Of a stretch of DNA of 64,000 nucleotides, positions 45,269 through 57,488 are shown piece by piece. The notes beneath the pieces are model-generated. The model searched no databases, was not told where the DNA came from, and worked only from the letters and a program-made list of their open reading frames with translations. This stretch comes from Mayamaea pseudoterrestris (lineage: Eukaryota): positions 620,001 to 684,000 of the forward strand of contig BROI01000006.1 in the NCBI GenBank assembly GCA_027923505.1, given 5' to 3'. Positions within the stretch are counted from its first letter, which is position 1. Every line of letters begins with the position of its first letter. Position numbers and translations under genes: made by a program.

Positions 45269-47599
45269 ATGAACCCAAAGGCAGATGCTCCTACGGCAGC
45301 AAGACTTTCATTGCACAAGCGCAAGCGCAGAAAGCTATATTATTCAGTCGATGTTTTGACCGACGGTTCGGAATGGACAGGCGACGGCACGCTGTTCCTG
45401 TCCGTCTACAAGGAGTCACCTTATGATGCGGAAGAAGAATCTACAAAGGTCACTTTGTCATCACAATCTGAACGGAATGATGTAGAACATGTTCGAGACG
45501 GCGAGGCTCAACATCAAGTTGACGATAACAAGACTCGCTCACACGTGCCTCCACCATTGGCTCGCTATTCGATGGGAAGCTTGACGGATGTTTTGAGTCG
45601 ATTGGCCTTCGACCAGCGCTTTTCACTGGGAGCAACCCGCGCCTTCTTTGCAGTGAATTCCAGCAACAGCAGTGAGTCTTGCGTCTGTCAAGGACTCGAA
45701 GGCTTGCCGCCGTTGCTGCTGAATCTCAAGCAAGCAGGTGCAGAGCAATTAACCTTGGTGTTGCGTGACGAAGCAACCATGCAAGCCGTCCAAGACACTG
45801 TTCCACTGATTCTTCCGTCGCATCGCTCGCAACACCCTCACGTGCAGCTTTGCAGTGTGCCAGCTGCCAAAGTGGCTGGTGAAACGAATGGACCTTGCTG
45901 GTGGAACGTGCATAGCGATGAATACGTTGTCGTTCATGCCAAGCGATTTCAACAAATCAACAATGATTCAAACGAGAGCGCCAATGAAACAGCGGTATTT
46001 GTCAATAGCGACACAGTGTTGTATTTGATGACATTGCTGCATCATGACGAAGCAGCGCGCAGCGCAAGTCTTGTCGTTGTTCCAGGTGATATGGAAGCAG
46101 AGCGTTTGAACGAAAGCATCCTTCAGCTGCCAGTGCTTGAGAATGGACTTGGCAAATCACCTACAGTCGAGATACGCTGGGGCATTGCTTTCGGAAGTAC
46201 GCTACCAAAGCTAACGACTGCGTCTACAAGTGCTGCTGCTGCTCATTCAGTGTCACTCGATGATAAAATTAGTTGGTATTACACGCAGCCTCGTCCAACG
46301 AATGTGCTCGATCCTGGCTTGCTGGTGCGGGCGCAGCAGCAATCGAAAACGTGGCATGCTGGTCGGCCGCAATACTTTCCATGGAACGAAACGACTGAGA
46401 TTGGTGATGCGAGTTGTGTCCGTCAGTCTGGCATGGATATAATGACTCGATTACACACGGGCTGGTCGCTATTACTAAAGAGCGAGAAGAATGCTTGCTT
46501 GCTCTTTGATCGAATGCGACAGTTAAAGGTAATAACGTCAAGCTCTTTAACGGATCGGTCGTTGTGGCCTTTGAAATGCGATTTTGAAATGGCGTCGTCA
46601 ACTAGTGACGACAATGAAATTGAGCTTGACGACGATGAGTGCGAAGTCAATGACGAGAAAGATAGAAATGACTGCAAAAACTCTTTAATGTCAACGCAGC
46701 TGTTAGTGCTCGGCACAGGATGCGCCGCTCCCTCGCCATATCGAGGATCGTCGGGTCATTGCCTGTTTCTGAGCCCCGATTTTACGTTTGTGTTTGAAGT
46801 GGGTGACGGGTTCTTGACGCAATGGTCGCGCTATAGCAGCCGAAGCTTGTTGACCATACGAGCCATTTGGATCTCTCATGCACATTGGGATCACTATGGC
46901 GGCTTGGCCGCGCTGCTTTTAAAGATTTTTGAAGTAAGACAAGACGTTCGTCGAGAGGAGCGACAACATTGCACGAGCCAAGGGTCAAGGAAACGACAAC
47001 GACAGGAAAGCATCGACCTGCCATTGGTTCTTGCTTGCGGCAAAGTGCTGAAATATCTAGAACAATACTTTGGTGATACAAATAATTACTTTCATGGTCT
47101 TAATATTGCACGGCTATCCAAACAGGCATCGGAATTGCTGTGTCAGCTTACAACTTGCGACCATATTGGAGCAGTGACACATCCAATCACCTTTTTTGAC
47201 ATTGTTCCAATGGACCACTCCTGTTACGACAGTTTTGGGTTTGTTATTGGTCTACATTGCCCCACGCGGCTAGCACCCTTTGTTTTCTGTTTCAGTGGCG
47301 ACACGCGTCCATGCCAGCGATTCGTGCACGTTTGCCGACAACGTGCAGCGCTTTGGAACAACGGATTTGTCGACTTGCTACTTCATGAAGCGACTTTTGA
47401 GGAAAGCGAGAGCGAAATGAGTATCACAAAAAAGCACTCAACCATAAAGGAGGCTATCGAAATTGGCTGGTCAATTCGAGCCGGCAAAATTTTCTTGACG
47501 CATTTCTCGCAAAGATATGCCGCGCCATCGGACCTAGACACGGATACAATTGCATGGACGCCGATGTTCGACGGCGTTTTAGTACCTTTGTTCAATTAA
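45269..47599 (+). CDS. ribonuclease Z, long form (ELAC2/Trz1-like metallo-beta-lactamase)
   Basis: LVLGTGCAAPSPYR, ISHAHWDH (HxHxDH), FSGDTRPC, LLHEATFE, HST and LTHFSQRY. Confidence 0.9.
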   Translation: MNPKADAPTAARLSLHKRKRRKLYYSVDVLTDGSEWTGDGTLFLSVYKESPYDAEEESTKVTLSSQSERNDVEHVRDGEAQHQVDDNKTRSHVPPPLARYSMGSLTDVLSRLAFDQRFSLGATRAFFAVNSSNSSESCVCQGLEGLPPLLLNLKQAGAEQLTLVLRDEATMQAVQDTVPLILPSHRSQHPHVQLCSVPAAKVAGETNGPCWWNVHSDEYVVVHAKRFQQINNDSNESANETAVFVNSDTVLYLMTLLHHDEAARSASLVVVPGDMEAERLNESILQLPVLENGLGKSPTVEIRWGIAFGSTLPKLTTASTSAAAAHSVSLDDKISWYYTQPRPTNVLDPGLLVRAQQQSKTWHAGRPQYFPWNETTEIGDASCVRQSGMDIMTRLHTGWSLLLKSEKNACLLFDRMRQLKVITSSSLTDRSLWPLKCDFEMASSTSDDNEIELDDDECEVNDEKDRNDCKNSLMSTQLLVLGTGCAAPSPYRGSSGHCLFLSPDFTFVFEVGDGFLTQWSRYSSRSLLTIRAIWISHAHWDHYGGLAALLLKIFEVRQDVRREERQHCTSQGSRKRQRQESIDLPLVLACGKVLKYLEQYFGDTNNYFHGLNIARLSKQASELLCQLTTCDHIGAVTHPITFFDIVPMDHSCYDSFGFVIGLHCPTRLAPFVFCFSGDTRPCQRFVHVCRQRAALWNNGFVDLLLHEATFEESESEMSITKKHSTIKEAIEIGWSIRAGKIFLTHFSQRYAAPSDLDTDTIAWTPMFDGVLVPLFN

Positions 47600-47672
47600 T
47601 TCTATAAACTTTTAGACTTTAGACAATAGATTACGGCGGACCGTAAAACCTGGAGGCTTGTTCTTTCTTACT

Positions 47673-50237
47673 TTACCCACCATCGTTCCAATCCTGCTGA
47701 AGATCGATGCCTTCCACCATCCATGAATCTAGGTTGTTCTCGAGAATATCGGAGAATGACAGCCCTGTTTCGGACCCAAAAATACCCATCTCATTCAACT
47801 TTGCGGCGAGAGGCAAAAGGTATTTCTCCATAACTTTGCATTGATTATCGAACCAACTTGGTCGAGGGTCAAATCCTTTCCCATCTTCCGCGGCCAAGAG
47901 TAGTTCCTTGTATAAACATGACATCCATTTGGTCATGTTCTCAAAATACTGCATGTTGTGCGAAACATCGGCGGCTCGAAGCAGTACCTCTATAACTACA
48001 GCTGCCTTTAAATCATCCGGTTCGTCGTAGTCAACGTGATTTTTTGTGTCTTGCATCTCAGTGAAGGTTGAGTGAACCGACATGTCACAGGAGCCACGCC
48101 GCGGATAAATTTCCACAGCCTCGCCCGACAAGTCCATTGACCGTCGGATTCCCAGACGTTTCTTGAAATTTTGAGAAGGACCTGAGCTATGAGTACTGTA
48201 GTTAAGACTCATGCGCCGATGCCCATTTGCCTTGAAGTCTGTCTCGATCGGACCTGTATGATTATGTTCACTGACTTGATGCTCGTCAATACTTGTTCCC
48301 ACCAGCGAGCCAAAGCGCATCGTCAAATTTCCTGTCGAAGCTCGACGAGCAACACCTCGCATGACAGTTGGTCGCGGTCGCGTTGCATCAATGTCAATGG
48401 AATGGGTTTTTTGAACTCCTCGTCGTTGATTGCCGCCTCGCTGATGGTTTGAATTACTGAGAGAACTCTCTGGATTGTTATAAATCCTTGGGATCCCAGA
48501 AATGATGACAGGTTCTTCGTCATCCGATGATGGAGGAGTCAGCGAAAGACTTTCTGAAGAGTCATCATCGTAATCCGCGTCATTGTATTCGTATTGAATG
48601 GGTTGTCGGACAGGCCCTTTGTTGCTTTTTTCATCGTCCGATGAACGATCCGAAATATCCTCGTAATCATCCCCATCGCCATCATTATGCTGATCTGGCC
48701 GTGTCTGGGGCCCTGTAAATTCACGTTTCTTTTGCGCCAAGACAATAGAGTTGGCCGTAACCGATTGAAAAGCACTAGACGCATACGTGTCCATGGACAT
48801 GTAGCTTTGGGTCGACTGCCTACGTGACAGTTTCTGCCGGCTGAATTGTCGCTGCTGCAGCCGCATTGAGTCTTCCGCAAAATGCGACAATTTGGCCATG
48901 GAATCACTACTTATACCAGAGCTGCTCTTGCCGACACCTCGCGCTGGCGGGTTTGACTGCTGCGGTCGGTAACGTTGTGCAACAGAGTCGTAATCAGATC
49001 CGCTCGAAAGTCGACGCTGCAAGGTCGGTTTTGCAGGTGTACGACGTGGACCACCCGCCACTGAATCATTGGCAATGTCCGAAAAGTTGCCCATGCTGTC
49101 AATGGATTCGTTGGAAGCTCTCCGAAGTGGGATGGGATTGTGATGATTGTTTCTGGTGGGCGACTTGAGCATATTGTAACTGTCACTTGTCACGTCCGAA
49201 ACAATACTGCTAATAGAAGCATTGGATCCACGACGATTCAAGCGTCTTACATCTTGATGTTCATTGGGTGAACTCGCCAGTTTATTGGCTCGATGCATGG
49301 ATATTTGCGACGTCACGCTGCCTCGTCGTCCGCCTTCGACCGCATAATTGCTGCCATCAAACATGTTTTGTCGCTTACCAAACGCCGCCTCCTTCCACTT
49401 AGAATTCGAAATTTGACATCGCTCTGGAGAAGCTAGATCCGTCGATAAAACTGATTGGATGACAAGCAAACGACACCGATGGTAGTCACCTTCCGTAGGA
49501 AAGAGTGCATGGTAAAAGTTGCAATACTCTGGACGCAAGAGTTCCGAAAAGGCCAGGTGCAGCGAATGATTCTCACTAATGCTTTGATCATTGTATTGCA
49601 GCGCAAGCTGCGGTTCGTCCATGGCGCGCTGCCGATTGCCAACTCCAGCGTGGTCCACGTCATGGACAAGCGCAGCAAAGAGCAAGGCGAAGAGCGCCAC
49701 AGAATCGCTCCGCAAACCAAATGTCGGCGGTCTCTGCTTGCCTTGACGCGGCCAAAAGTCTCGCGAAAGCATGAATTCCAGAAACTTGTTGGCGCTGACG
49801 CAAACATGGACAGCATGCATGTAGTTGTGAAAGGGCAAGTCGCGGTGGAGAGAAAGCATTCTGGTGACATATGCTCCTGTTTCTTGTATAGCTTGCATGG
49901 AGACGTAGCTGGACCAGTCAATATCACTCGCCGTATCACCAGTCAATAATTCTCTGCAAATTGTCGATGTACTTAAATCAGAAAATGTATTCAGCGGCGC
50001 ATTGATGGCAAAGAGTCGAACAATGAAGAGGCTCGTGACGCGTTCGACCCCAATATCCAAAGACTCTTCCTGTTCGTCTCCAATTTCGTCAGCGTCATCA
50101 TTTAATAGCGATCCCCATTCTTGTAGCGACAGCTCCAACGCTTGCATGGCTATATTTCGAGTTAAGGTAGAGTAGGAGCTGCGTGTATCATCATTCTGGT
50201 CTTGGCCGCAATCTTCACCTTCACTATTGTCGGTCAT
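47673..50237 (-). CDS. class I 3',5'-cyclic nucleotide phosphodiesterase (PDE-A), intronless
   Basis: PFHNYMHAVHV, AALVHDVDHAG, YNDQSISENHS, STDL, AADVSH and WFDNQ. First ATG at 50237. Confidence 0.9.
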   Translation of the reverse strand: MTDNSEGEDCGQDQNDDTRSSYSTLTRNIAMQALELSLQEWGSLLNDDADEIGDEQEESLDIGVERVTSLFIVRLFAINAPLNTFSDLSTSTICRELLTGDTASDIDWSSYVSMQAIQETGAYVTRMLSLHRDLPFHNYMHAVHVCVSANKFLEFMLSRDFWPRQGKQRPPTFGLRSDSVALFALLFAALVHDVDHAGVGNRQRAMDEPQLALQYNDQSISENHSLHLAFSELLRPEYCNFYHALFPTEGDYHRCRLLVIQSVLSTDLASPERCQISNSKWKEAAFGKRQNMFDGSNYAVEGGRRGSVTSQISMHRANKLASSPNEHQDVRRLNRRGSNASISSIVSDVTSDSYNMLKSPTRNNHHNPIPLRRASNESIDSMGNFSDIANDSVAGGPRRTPAKPTLQRRLSSGSDYDSVAQRYRPQQSNPPARGVGKSSSGISSDSMAKLSHFAEDSMRLQQRQFSRQKLSRRQSTQSYMSMDTYASSAFQSVTANSIVLAQKKREFTGPQTRPDQHNDGDGDDYEDISDRSSDDEKSNKGPVRQPIQYEYNDADYDDDSSESLSLTPPSSDDEEPVIISGIPRIYNNPESSLSNSNHQRGGNQRRGVQKTHSIDIDATRPRPTVMRGVARRASTGNLTMRFGSLVGTSIDEHQVSEHNHTGPIETDFKANGHRRMSLNYSTHSSGPSQNFKKRLGIRRSMDLSGEAVEIYPRRGSCDMSVHSTFTEMQDTKNHVDYDEPDDLKAAVVIEVLLRAADVSHNMQYFENMTKWMSCLYKELLLAAEDGKGFDPRPSWFDNQCKVMEKYLLPLAAKLNEMGIFGSETGLSFSDILENNLDSWMVEGIDLQQDWNDGG

Positions 50238-50667
50238 GCTGGCGAGGATACGAGCAGCAGCGTACAACTCAGCGGCTTTCTTGCCCAAAATCAAGGCTCG
50301 ACAGTTCAAACAGGTATCAATTATTTATTTTCGAGCGTATGAGCTGTATTGTTCAAGTTGATCCCGGTGAAAGAGTGAGGAAGGTGACTGCTTTTTGCTG
50401 CATTCTTTGGATTCCGGTCTTTCTCAATACTCGTAGTGTCGCACTAGTTACCGCTCCGTCATGAATCTTCCGTTTCCGTTGCTGTTCACGCTGGTACATT
50501 TTCTACGTGAGCTACGCAGCTTCCACCAAGGACGAGGAAGATTTTGTTCACGCACACACATCCACGATACAAAAGCAATGGCGACCATAATTTAGATCGC
50601 GCCTCAACTACAGTATCAAGTTAGACCGAAAAGAAAGAGGGCGAAATTCTTGAAGGTCTATTTCATC

Positions 50668-53600
50668 ATGTCATCGTCCTATCTTCCGCTGCTTTTCTTC
50701 CGACGCGACGACGACGACAATGATGAGCAGCAAGGCGACGACGCAGCACAAAGCAGCAGCAAGGACAATTCACTTGACGAGCAGAACCAGAACTCCGACC
50801 AAGACGACGAGGAGGAGCAAGGCTCTTCATCTTGGCATACGCGCCATGCTAGTAGCATTACTATGGAGTATTCCGATACGGATGATGACGACCGTCGTCA
50901 TTTTTCAGTGCCGAGCAGCAACAACAGTCCATTGACAATAAATTCATCCTGGCTATCAGGTCGCATTTACAGCGCTCCAGATGACGCTAGCGATAAAACC
51001 AGTCGAGATGTTAGCTGGATGAAGCAATTGGCCGAGTCATTTCGGCCAAAGGACAAGCAGTCGTCCAAGACTCGAGCGAGGAAGCATCACCGCCGAGTCT
51101 CATCGCAACGAGAGTATCCTCAAATCATGTCGCCGAGTACTAGCTCCATACTAGCGAACAGCAAGAACTTCTTTAGTCCGAGCAATGGCAGCAATCCACA
51201 GAGTGAAGCGTCCCCTTTGCTGGGTTTATCTTTTGCAAGCAATGCAACGTCAATGTCGACCTTTGCAGGCGCAACGAAAAGCAAGCCTCCACTGGCGAGC
51301 AGCAGCAATAATAACAAGGACGACAATGACGAAACATTTAAGAAGAAGACAAAGCTGCATCCATTTTATACGGCGCTAGCAGCCTCCTTTTTGCAAGACT
51401 ATGAGGCGAATCGAAAGCCAGTACTTTGTCGAGACGTTGCCAAAATTACCTGGCATCAGCTGCAGCTGCACCATATCAAGTATTCTGGCTGGTTATATTC
51501 ATTAAACTTATGCATTGCAACGCTTGCACTCTTTGTATCGAGTGCTTTGGAGGAACAAGGAAACGAATACACAAGTTACGATGCAACTGCTGGAGAAGGA
51601 AGCATTCCCAAGCGCCTTTGGCTGACTGGTTTGAATGCTTACGCCATTTGCGTCTTGGCCGTGGACCTTTGGATCCGTAACCAGCTGCAACCAACCGAGG
51701 CAACGCCAATGACGTCAGTCATGCCGCGACGAATTACTGCCTCATTTGCAAATCCTACAAAGCTGCAGCGTCAGTCAAGCAAGGGACAACAGCAACGAGC
51801 AAATCTACCGATGCAGCAACCAATTAAGAATGAGCAGGCAACGGGCGATGATGCGCTCGTCAAACCCTTGATACTATTTCTGCTGGTTCTTGGTTTAGAA
51901 ACCACGGCGAGACTTGGGATTGCCTACTTGGCATTGAGCAAGGCTGACGACGATGGCAGCGACGCTGCGTTTGACAATGTCACGCAATCGCATGCTTTGC
52001 ATGGTCAAGCACAGCAGCAGCAACAACAACAGCCAATGGTTCTCTTTTCGTCCCTACTCAAGCCTTTGGTCTTGTTTTACGTAAGCCATCGAGCGCGGAA
52101 TGCTCTGGAAGCCTTGGGTCGCATTATGCGAATTGTAATTCGCGTTTTGTTCATGGAGTTGTTGGTGAGTCTGCCTCAATAATAACGACAAGCTTTGCTC
52201 TGCAAACGTGCTTGTATGGGAAAAACACTCACCTTGTATCAACCATTTAGGTCATTTTCATCTTTGCTGCCATTGCATGTCGCCTCTTTAACGAGTTTGA
52301 AGCATTCAAAAATTTATCCAGATCATGGCTCTCTCTCTTCGAGCTATCAACAACAGTGGTCAACCCATCATTGTGGATGCCAATGGTACGTCGCTTCTGT
52401 TCGTGCGATTGCAACGACGAGTCGATCCCTTCCGTCTTTCGTTTCACTAACCCGCATGTTTTCGAAGTATCAAGCCTCGAAGTATTCGGCATTCTTCTTC
52501 ATTTTCTTCATTGTCACATCTGTCCTTTATCTGCATTCGCTGGTTCTTTCAGTTGTCTTTCAAACCTACGTTCTGGCTGCTTCTGAAATTCATGAACGCA
52601 GCGTTGCTGACAGAGAAGAAGCAATTCACCGTTCGTACTTGGCGTTGCGGCAGCACGATACTAGTCAAGGACTCATCTCGACGGAGAGTGTGCGAGAGCT
52701 GCTCTCCCAATTAAGACCTCATTACAATGTCTATAAGATAGATGCTTTGGTGGAAATTGTCGATCCGCATAGAAGGTCGGTGGTCGATTATTCCACTTAT
52801 CGAGTAAGTCCATGTCGTTGGTCACACGAGATTTGAGCTCCTCAATATTTACTGACTTCTCACTCTGTGATGTGCCGTTCCCGTATGATAGACGAGAATC
52901 CGACAAGCATTGAATGCCTCCATCCGGACAACGAGAACAGCGTCCGCCGTGGCCATGAGTGTCGAGCTACTCGCCGTCATAGTCGCCATTGTCAATTTTG
53001 CGTACGTTATACTGGTCTCTATTGCTTTCGATATGAAGTGGTTTGACAGCATGGAAGCTACACTGGGATGCATTATTACCGTGGTTGCAGCGTCAGAACT
53101 TGTAGTCCGTTTCAACCCGCTTCGAATAAGCGATTTTACTCCGTTGACTCGTTTGAATGTTTGCTTTGACGGTTTGGCTCTCTTGGCTGCTCTAATATCT
53201 ACCTTTGGGATGGTGCTTCATGCGAGGGGCGAGCCTTTGGCAATGGAATTGATTTTATCTGGCAGAGCGATTGATATTTTCCGGGTCATGCGATTCTTTT
53301 CCATGTTTCGCGACGTGGTTCGTCGAAGTGCCGATGTTCTACCAGTGTTGATCGGGCCTTGCATCCTTGTTGCTACGACGCTCCACGTGTTCGTGTATGT
53401 GGGCATGGCGCTTTGGGGCGGCGCGGTTAATATTGGGCAGCGACATGAGCTCGCGCAGCTTTACAACTTAAACAACTTCAACAGCTACCAGGAAGGCTTA
53501 GTCACAATGTTTAATGTTCTCGTGGTCAACGATTGGCACGCTATTGCGGAGGTCTTTCTCCACGCGAAACGGTGTTCGAGCACATATATTGTCATGCCCT

Positions 53601-54399
53601 TTTTTGTGATCGGAAATTTGATGGGTGTCAGCATAATGCTAAAGTAAGTTTTTGAGGAAAGGCAATACTCGGATCTGCTTGAACATGCCACTTATACTGT
53701 GAGCACCTCTGGTCTCTCTTCCTTAGCGTCGTGACGGCTTTCTTTGTACAAGCATTCGTCACGAAACTGGACGACGATGCGATTGTCGCGCCTATCAACG
53801 CCCTCAAATTGGTTCAGCCCTCCAAGGCACCACCAGACTCGGGACTCCGAAATTCTGAAAATGCGTCGTTTCGTGTCTCTTCAAGCACCAGCAGTATATA
53901 CGACCAGGGTAGTGATCAGGGCGCAGATGCCGACTCAGAGGGCAGCTCTGACTCGGACTTCCTTGAGTTTGATGTCTACGAGAGACAAGGCTATGACAAG
54001 GTGATGCAGACCGTCGCTGGTGGCTCGTATACTCAGTCAAATATTGCACTGGACGTCAGCGAGTATCTCGGGACGTTCGAAAAGCTTGTTCCCGACCGTG
54101 AAGCAGTTGGCTACCATATTTGCGACCAGCTAACAATGGAGCGATTCGGCAATCACCTTTTTATGGCCATGGCGGAGGGTTTTGTTGAGTCCAACGAACT
54201 TCATGTGATCGTCAGCGAAATGCATGCAGAACTAATAGCTCTCGCTGATAGCCCTCCGGACAAGAATCGCTCGCTGATCCGCACATATTCCCATCACCAA
54301 CGGCCTGACCAAGAATCACTAGAGATCACCGCAGCTCTCTTGCGTAAACATCCAGCTCTTTCTCTACTGGTTTCACGCCGTCGATTGAAACAAGCTTAG
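50668..54399 (+). CDS. two-pore channel (TPC)-like cation channel
   Basis: Introns 52165..52250, 52386..52467, 52804..52891 and 53644..53726 give two channel repeats. Pore I is WLSLFELSTTVVNPSLWMPMY and pore II is NFNSYQEGLVTMFNVLVVNDW. EF-hand-like linker; S4-II GRAIDIFRVMRFFSMFR. Confidence 0.85.
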
Positions 54400-54618
54400 T
54401 TTGCGCTGCGTCAGCAGGTCGCGCCCATCGCTTTTTACAACAAGTATATTAAGTAGTGTAAATGTAAAATATTGTTGTCAGTATCATAACCTTAAACCCA
54501 ACCGATACATAGATACTACACATAATCAACCATCATGCTCGACAGAGACGTCGACGACGTAAAATATTTTCTTTGCCACCTCAACCACATCCCACCACGT
54601 GGGTCGATCCAACTACGA

Positions 54619-56876
54619 TTATAAAAACAAACGATCCGGCTCCGTCACTTGTTTCTCCATGTCAGCTATACTTCCGCCCAGTTTCGCCTCAACATCTGCG
54701 GCGTCACTTCCAGTTGCTCCACCTTCCATCACGCCGAGGTGTTCAATCCATTCGTCGTTGCCCGGAAACATGGCGAATCCATCTTGGATCATCTTGTTTG
54801 TCGATTGCGCTCCTTCGACAAGCCAACGATCGCGGCTGCTTTCGACGACTTCACCAAACATAGATCCCAAGGGCCCGTACGCACCCGTTGCATCCAGCCG
54901 CTGAGAAAGAGGAGCCAAGTAGAACTCCAAGAATCCAATCTGGTTTTGGAACCAGTTCTCTTTGGGATCAGGTCCACGGTTCTCCAACATGGCCTGTGAA
55001 AATTGAAGGGTTAGCACTGACAGGTTTAAGCCGCTTCGATTACACAAAGTCACATACCTTGCGCATTTCAATGTAGAGGCGGCCGGCCCACTTGCACATT
55101 TGCTCGTACCCCTGCAAGTTTTGGCTGACATCCGCCGCAGTCACTGAAAAAGCGAACATAAAGGTTAGTTCCCACTGCTGAAAAATCACTTAATATAATA
55201 GCACCACGCAACTCACTTATGAGGTCCATCAATACGGCAGCCTTTAGGTCATCAACTTCATCATCCACTTCATCCTTGAACAGACTGGTCCGACGTGTTG
55301 TTCTTCTGTATGTCTCGACCGTTTCTCCGGTCAAGTCCATAGAGACTCGAATACCGAGTTTCTTATTCTTGTTCAGACCAAAAGAGTTTCCAATAGATCC
55401 TAACGACCCAGTAACAAGTTTCACTGTATTCTTCATGGGATCAACAGTATACTTCCTGGCTTGATTAAGCATATCCTTGGATGCCGCAGGTGAATCTGCC
55501 GTGTCGTCATCGTTTTCGCTAGTCTTGGTGATCCCTGAGTTACGTTTGAGAGATTTGCTCATGGCCGACATGCCTCCAGTCATGGAGCTCACCATGCTCT
55601 TGGGAGGTTTGGGTGACAATTTCGCACCCCCAGCAGCTTCTTGGTCAGCGGTCGATGTAGACTTGACTCCTACCACACCTCCCACTCCCTTGAACACCTT
55701 GGAGACTCCGTCCATGCTGGCCTCTCCAATCTTTTTGACGCCGCTAACACCGAAATTGGCAACATTCTTGACGCCACTGACACTGGCGTCCGCCACCGTC
55801 ATGACGCCTCCCGAAACGTTTTGCACGCCCTTGTTCAAGGCTTTCACCGTATTCATGGGCATGCGCCGAACGTGCTCCAGCATGTTTTCTTCCACCTCAT
55901 CTTCCGTGAGCGCTGCATCACTTGGCAACGAGGGATTCTGAAATGCCTCTATATACTTGCTCTTTGCCAATTGTACATTCGAAGGTGACGCAATATCCGT
56001 GTTGAGAACCAACGAAAGGACTTTGGAACGAAACTCGTGATACTCTGTTGACACGGGAAAGATTGTCTCTCGAAGCTCCTTGTAGTCGGGCTTGAGCAGC
56101 TCCTGAAAGCCAATGAACAAACTCCGCTGCTCGGCAATCGACGTGTCATTGTACAAAATGGCAAGCTCATCATCCTCCAGGGCCAGCTGTCGGTTCGGCA
56201 AGCCCCGATGCTCCACGTCGTGAATAATGGCGGCAAACACCAACGCCAGCAAGCTCAGCGCATTTTGGCGCAGCCCAAAACTGTTGCAGCGATGCACCCA
56301 CAGCATGTCGAGCAACTTGTTGGTGCTAATTGTGACATGAGTCGCATGCGAAGCATTATGGTAAGGCACTTTTGGATCATACTTGATCAAAATGCTGCGG
56401 ACAAACTGCTCCACTTGGCGAACGACCGTTTCGGAAATTGGCCAATCGCACTGCTCCTGCAAAAAGACGGTGCAAATGTTGGTCGTGCTCCAGTTTGTTT
56501 CCGGAAAGGGCGACTCCTCCATAAAGCTCGACTGCTCCGACTGCAGCAGCAAGAGTTGTTGCTGCTGCTTGTAGTCAAACTCGCATTCGGAGAACTCGTT
56601 AGTGTCTAAAAGTTCTTCCTGCTGCTCCTGCTGCTTTTTCAGCAGCTCCTCCTGCCGCGTTTGCTTGGCAATTTCCATGGCGCGAGCCACGACGCGTACC
56701 AAAAGCAAGGATGTGACTCTCTTGACATTGATTTCAAAGTCGTCCGTGGCGGCAGTGATTGGATGATCGCCCTGACCAAGCTGCGTCCAATGCTGCTCCG
56801 AAAGGGCGAGTGCAATGGCGGCATATGGAGGCGTTGACGTCGGCGTCGCGGAGTTAGAGGAGGAAGATGACGGCAT
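54619..56876 (-). CDS. class I cyclic nucleotide phosphodiesterase (PDE-B)
   Basis: PYHNASHATHV, AAIIHDVEHRG and NTDI. Removing introns 55216..55144 and 55057..54994 restores MTAADVSQ..KW..RLY.E and WFQNQIGFLEFY. Confidence 0.92.
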
Positions 56877-57488
56877 GATACTTGAGCTCAGTGGCTTGAT
56901 CGGTGTGAAGATCTGTAATGCTTGAAGCTTGGTAACTTGAAAGGCAGTGAGCAATGCAACGATGAACAGTCGTCTTGGTGCTGTCAAGGTGCGGAAGGAG
57001 TGTTTGTTATGTGACTGTATGGCGCTTGCCTTACTGTGCTGAAGTACCAAAAGCTTAGCTTGACACAACCTTTCAACCTTTTACGACTCCAAGATACGGA
57101 GAAACTATCGTTTACTCCAACTTGTGTAGTCCCGCCGATCGTGAGAAACGTGTCGGCTGAACCTGTGAAAACGATTTTGATTTCTGTCATGGTGCCTTCA
57201 GAAACGGCACTGGAAGATATGAATGTCTTTTTATGTCGCACCGAAGTTGAAGTGCGTCAAGAATACTTAAGCCTTGCGGAGTTTTGTGACGCACGTGACA
57301 CGGGAGGCTGCGGTCCATTCCCGCATCAACCATGACCCTTTTTTTCTTGTCACACTCGATCTTGCGTCTTGACCATTGCTCGTCGCGACGTGCATATCTA
57401 ACTATTACAACTGCACTTGCTTTCTTCACTCGCTTAATAGTATTTTTTACAATTTTGTTGCATATTGCATTGATTCTTTGGTAACAGC

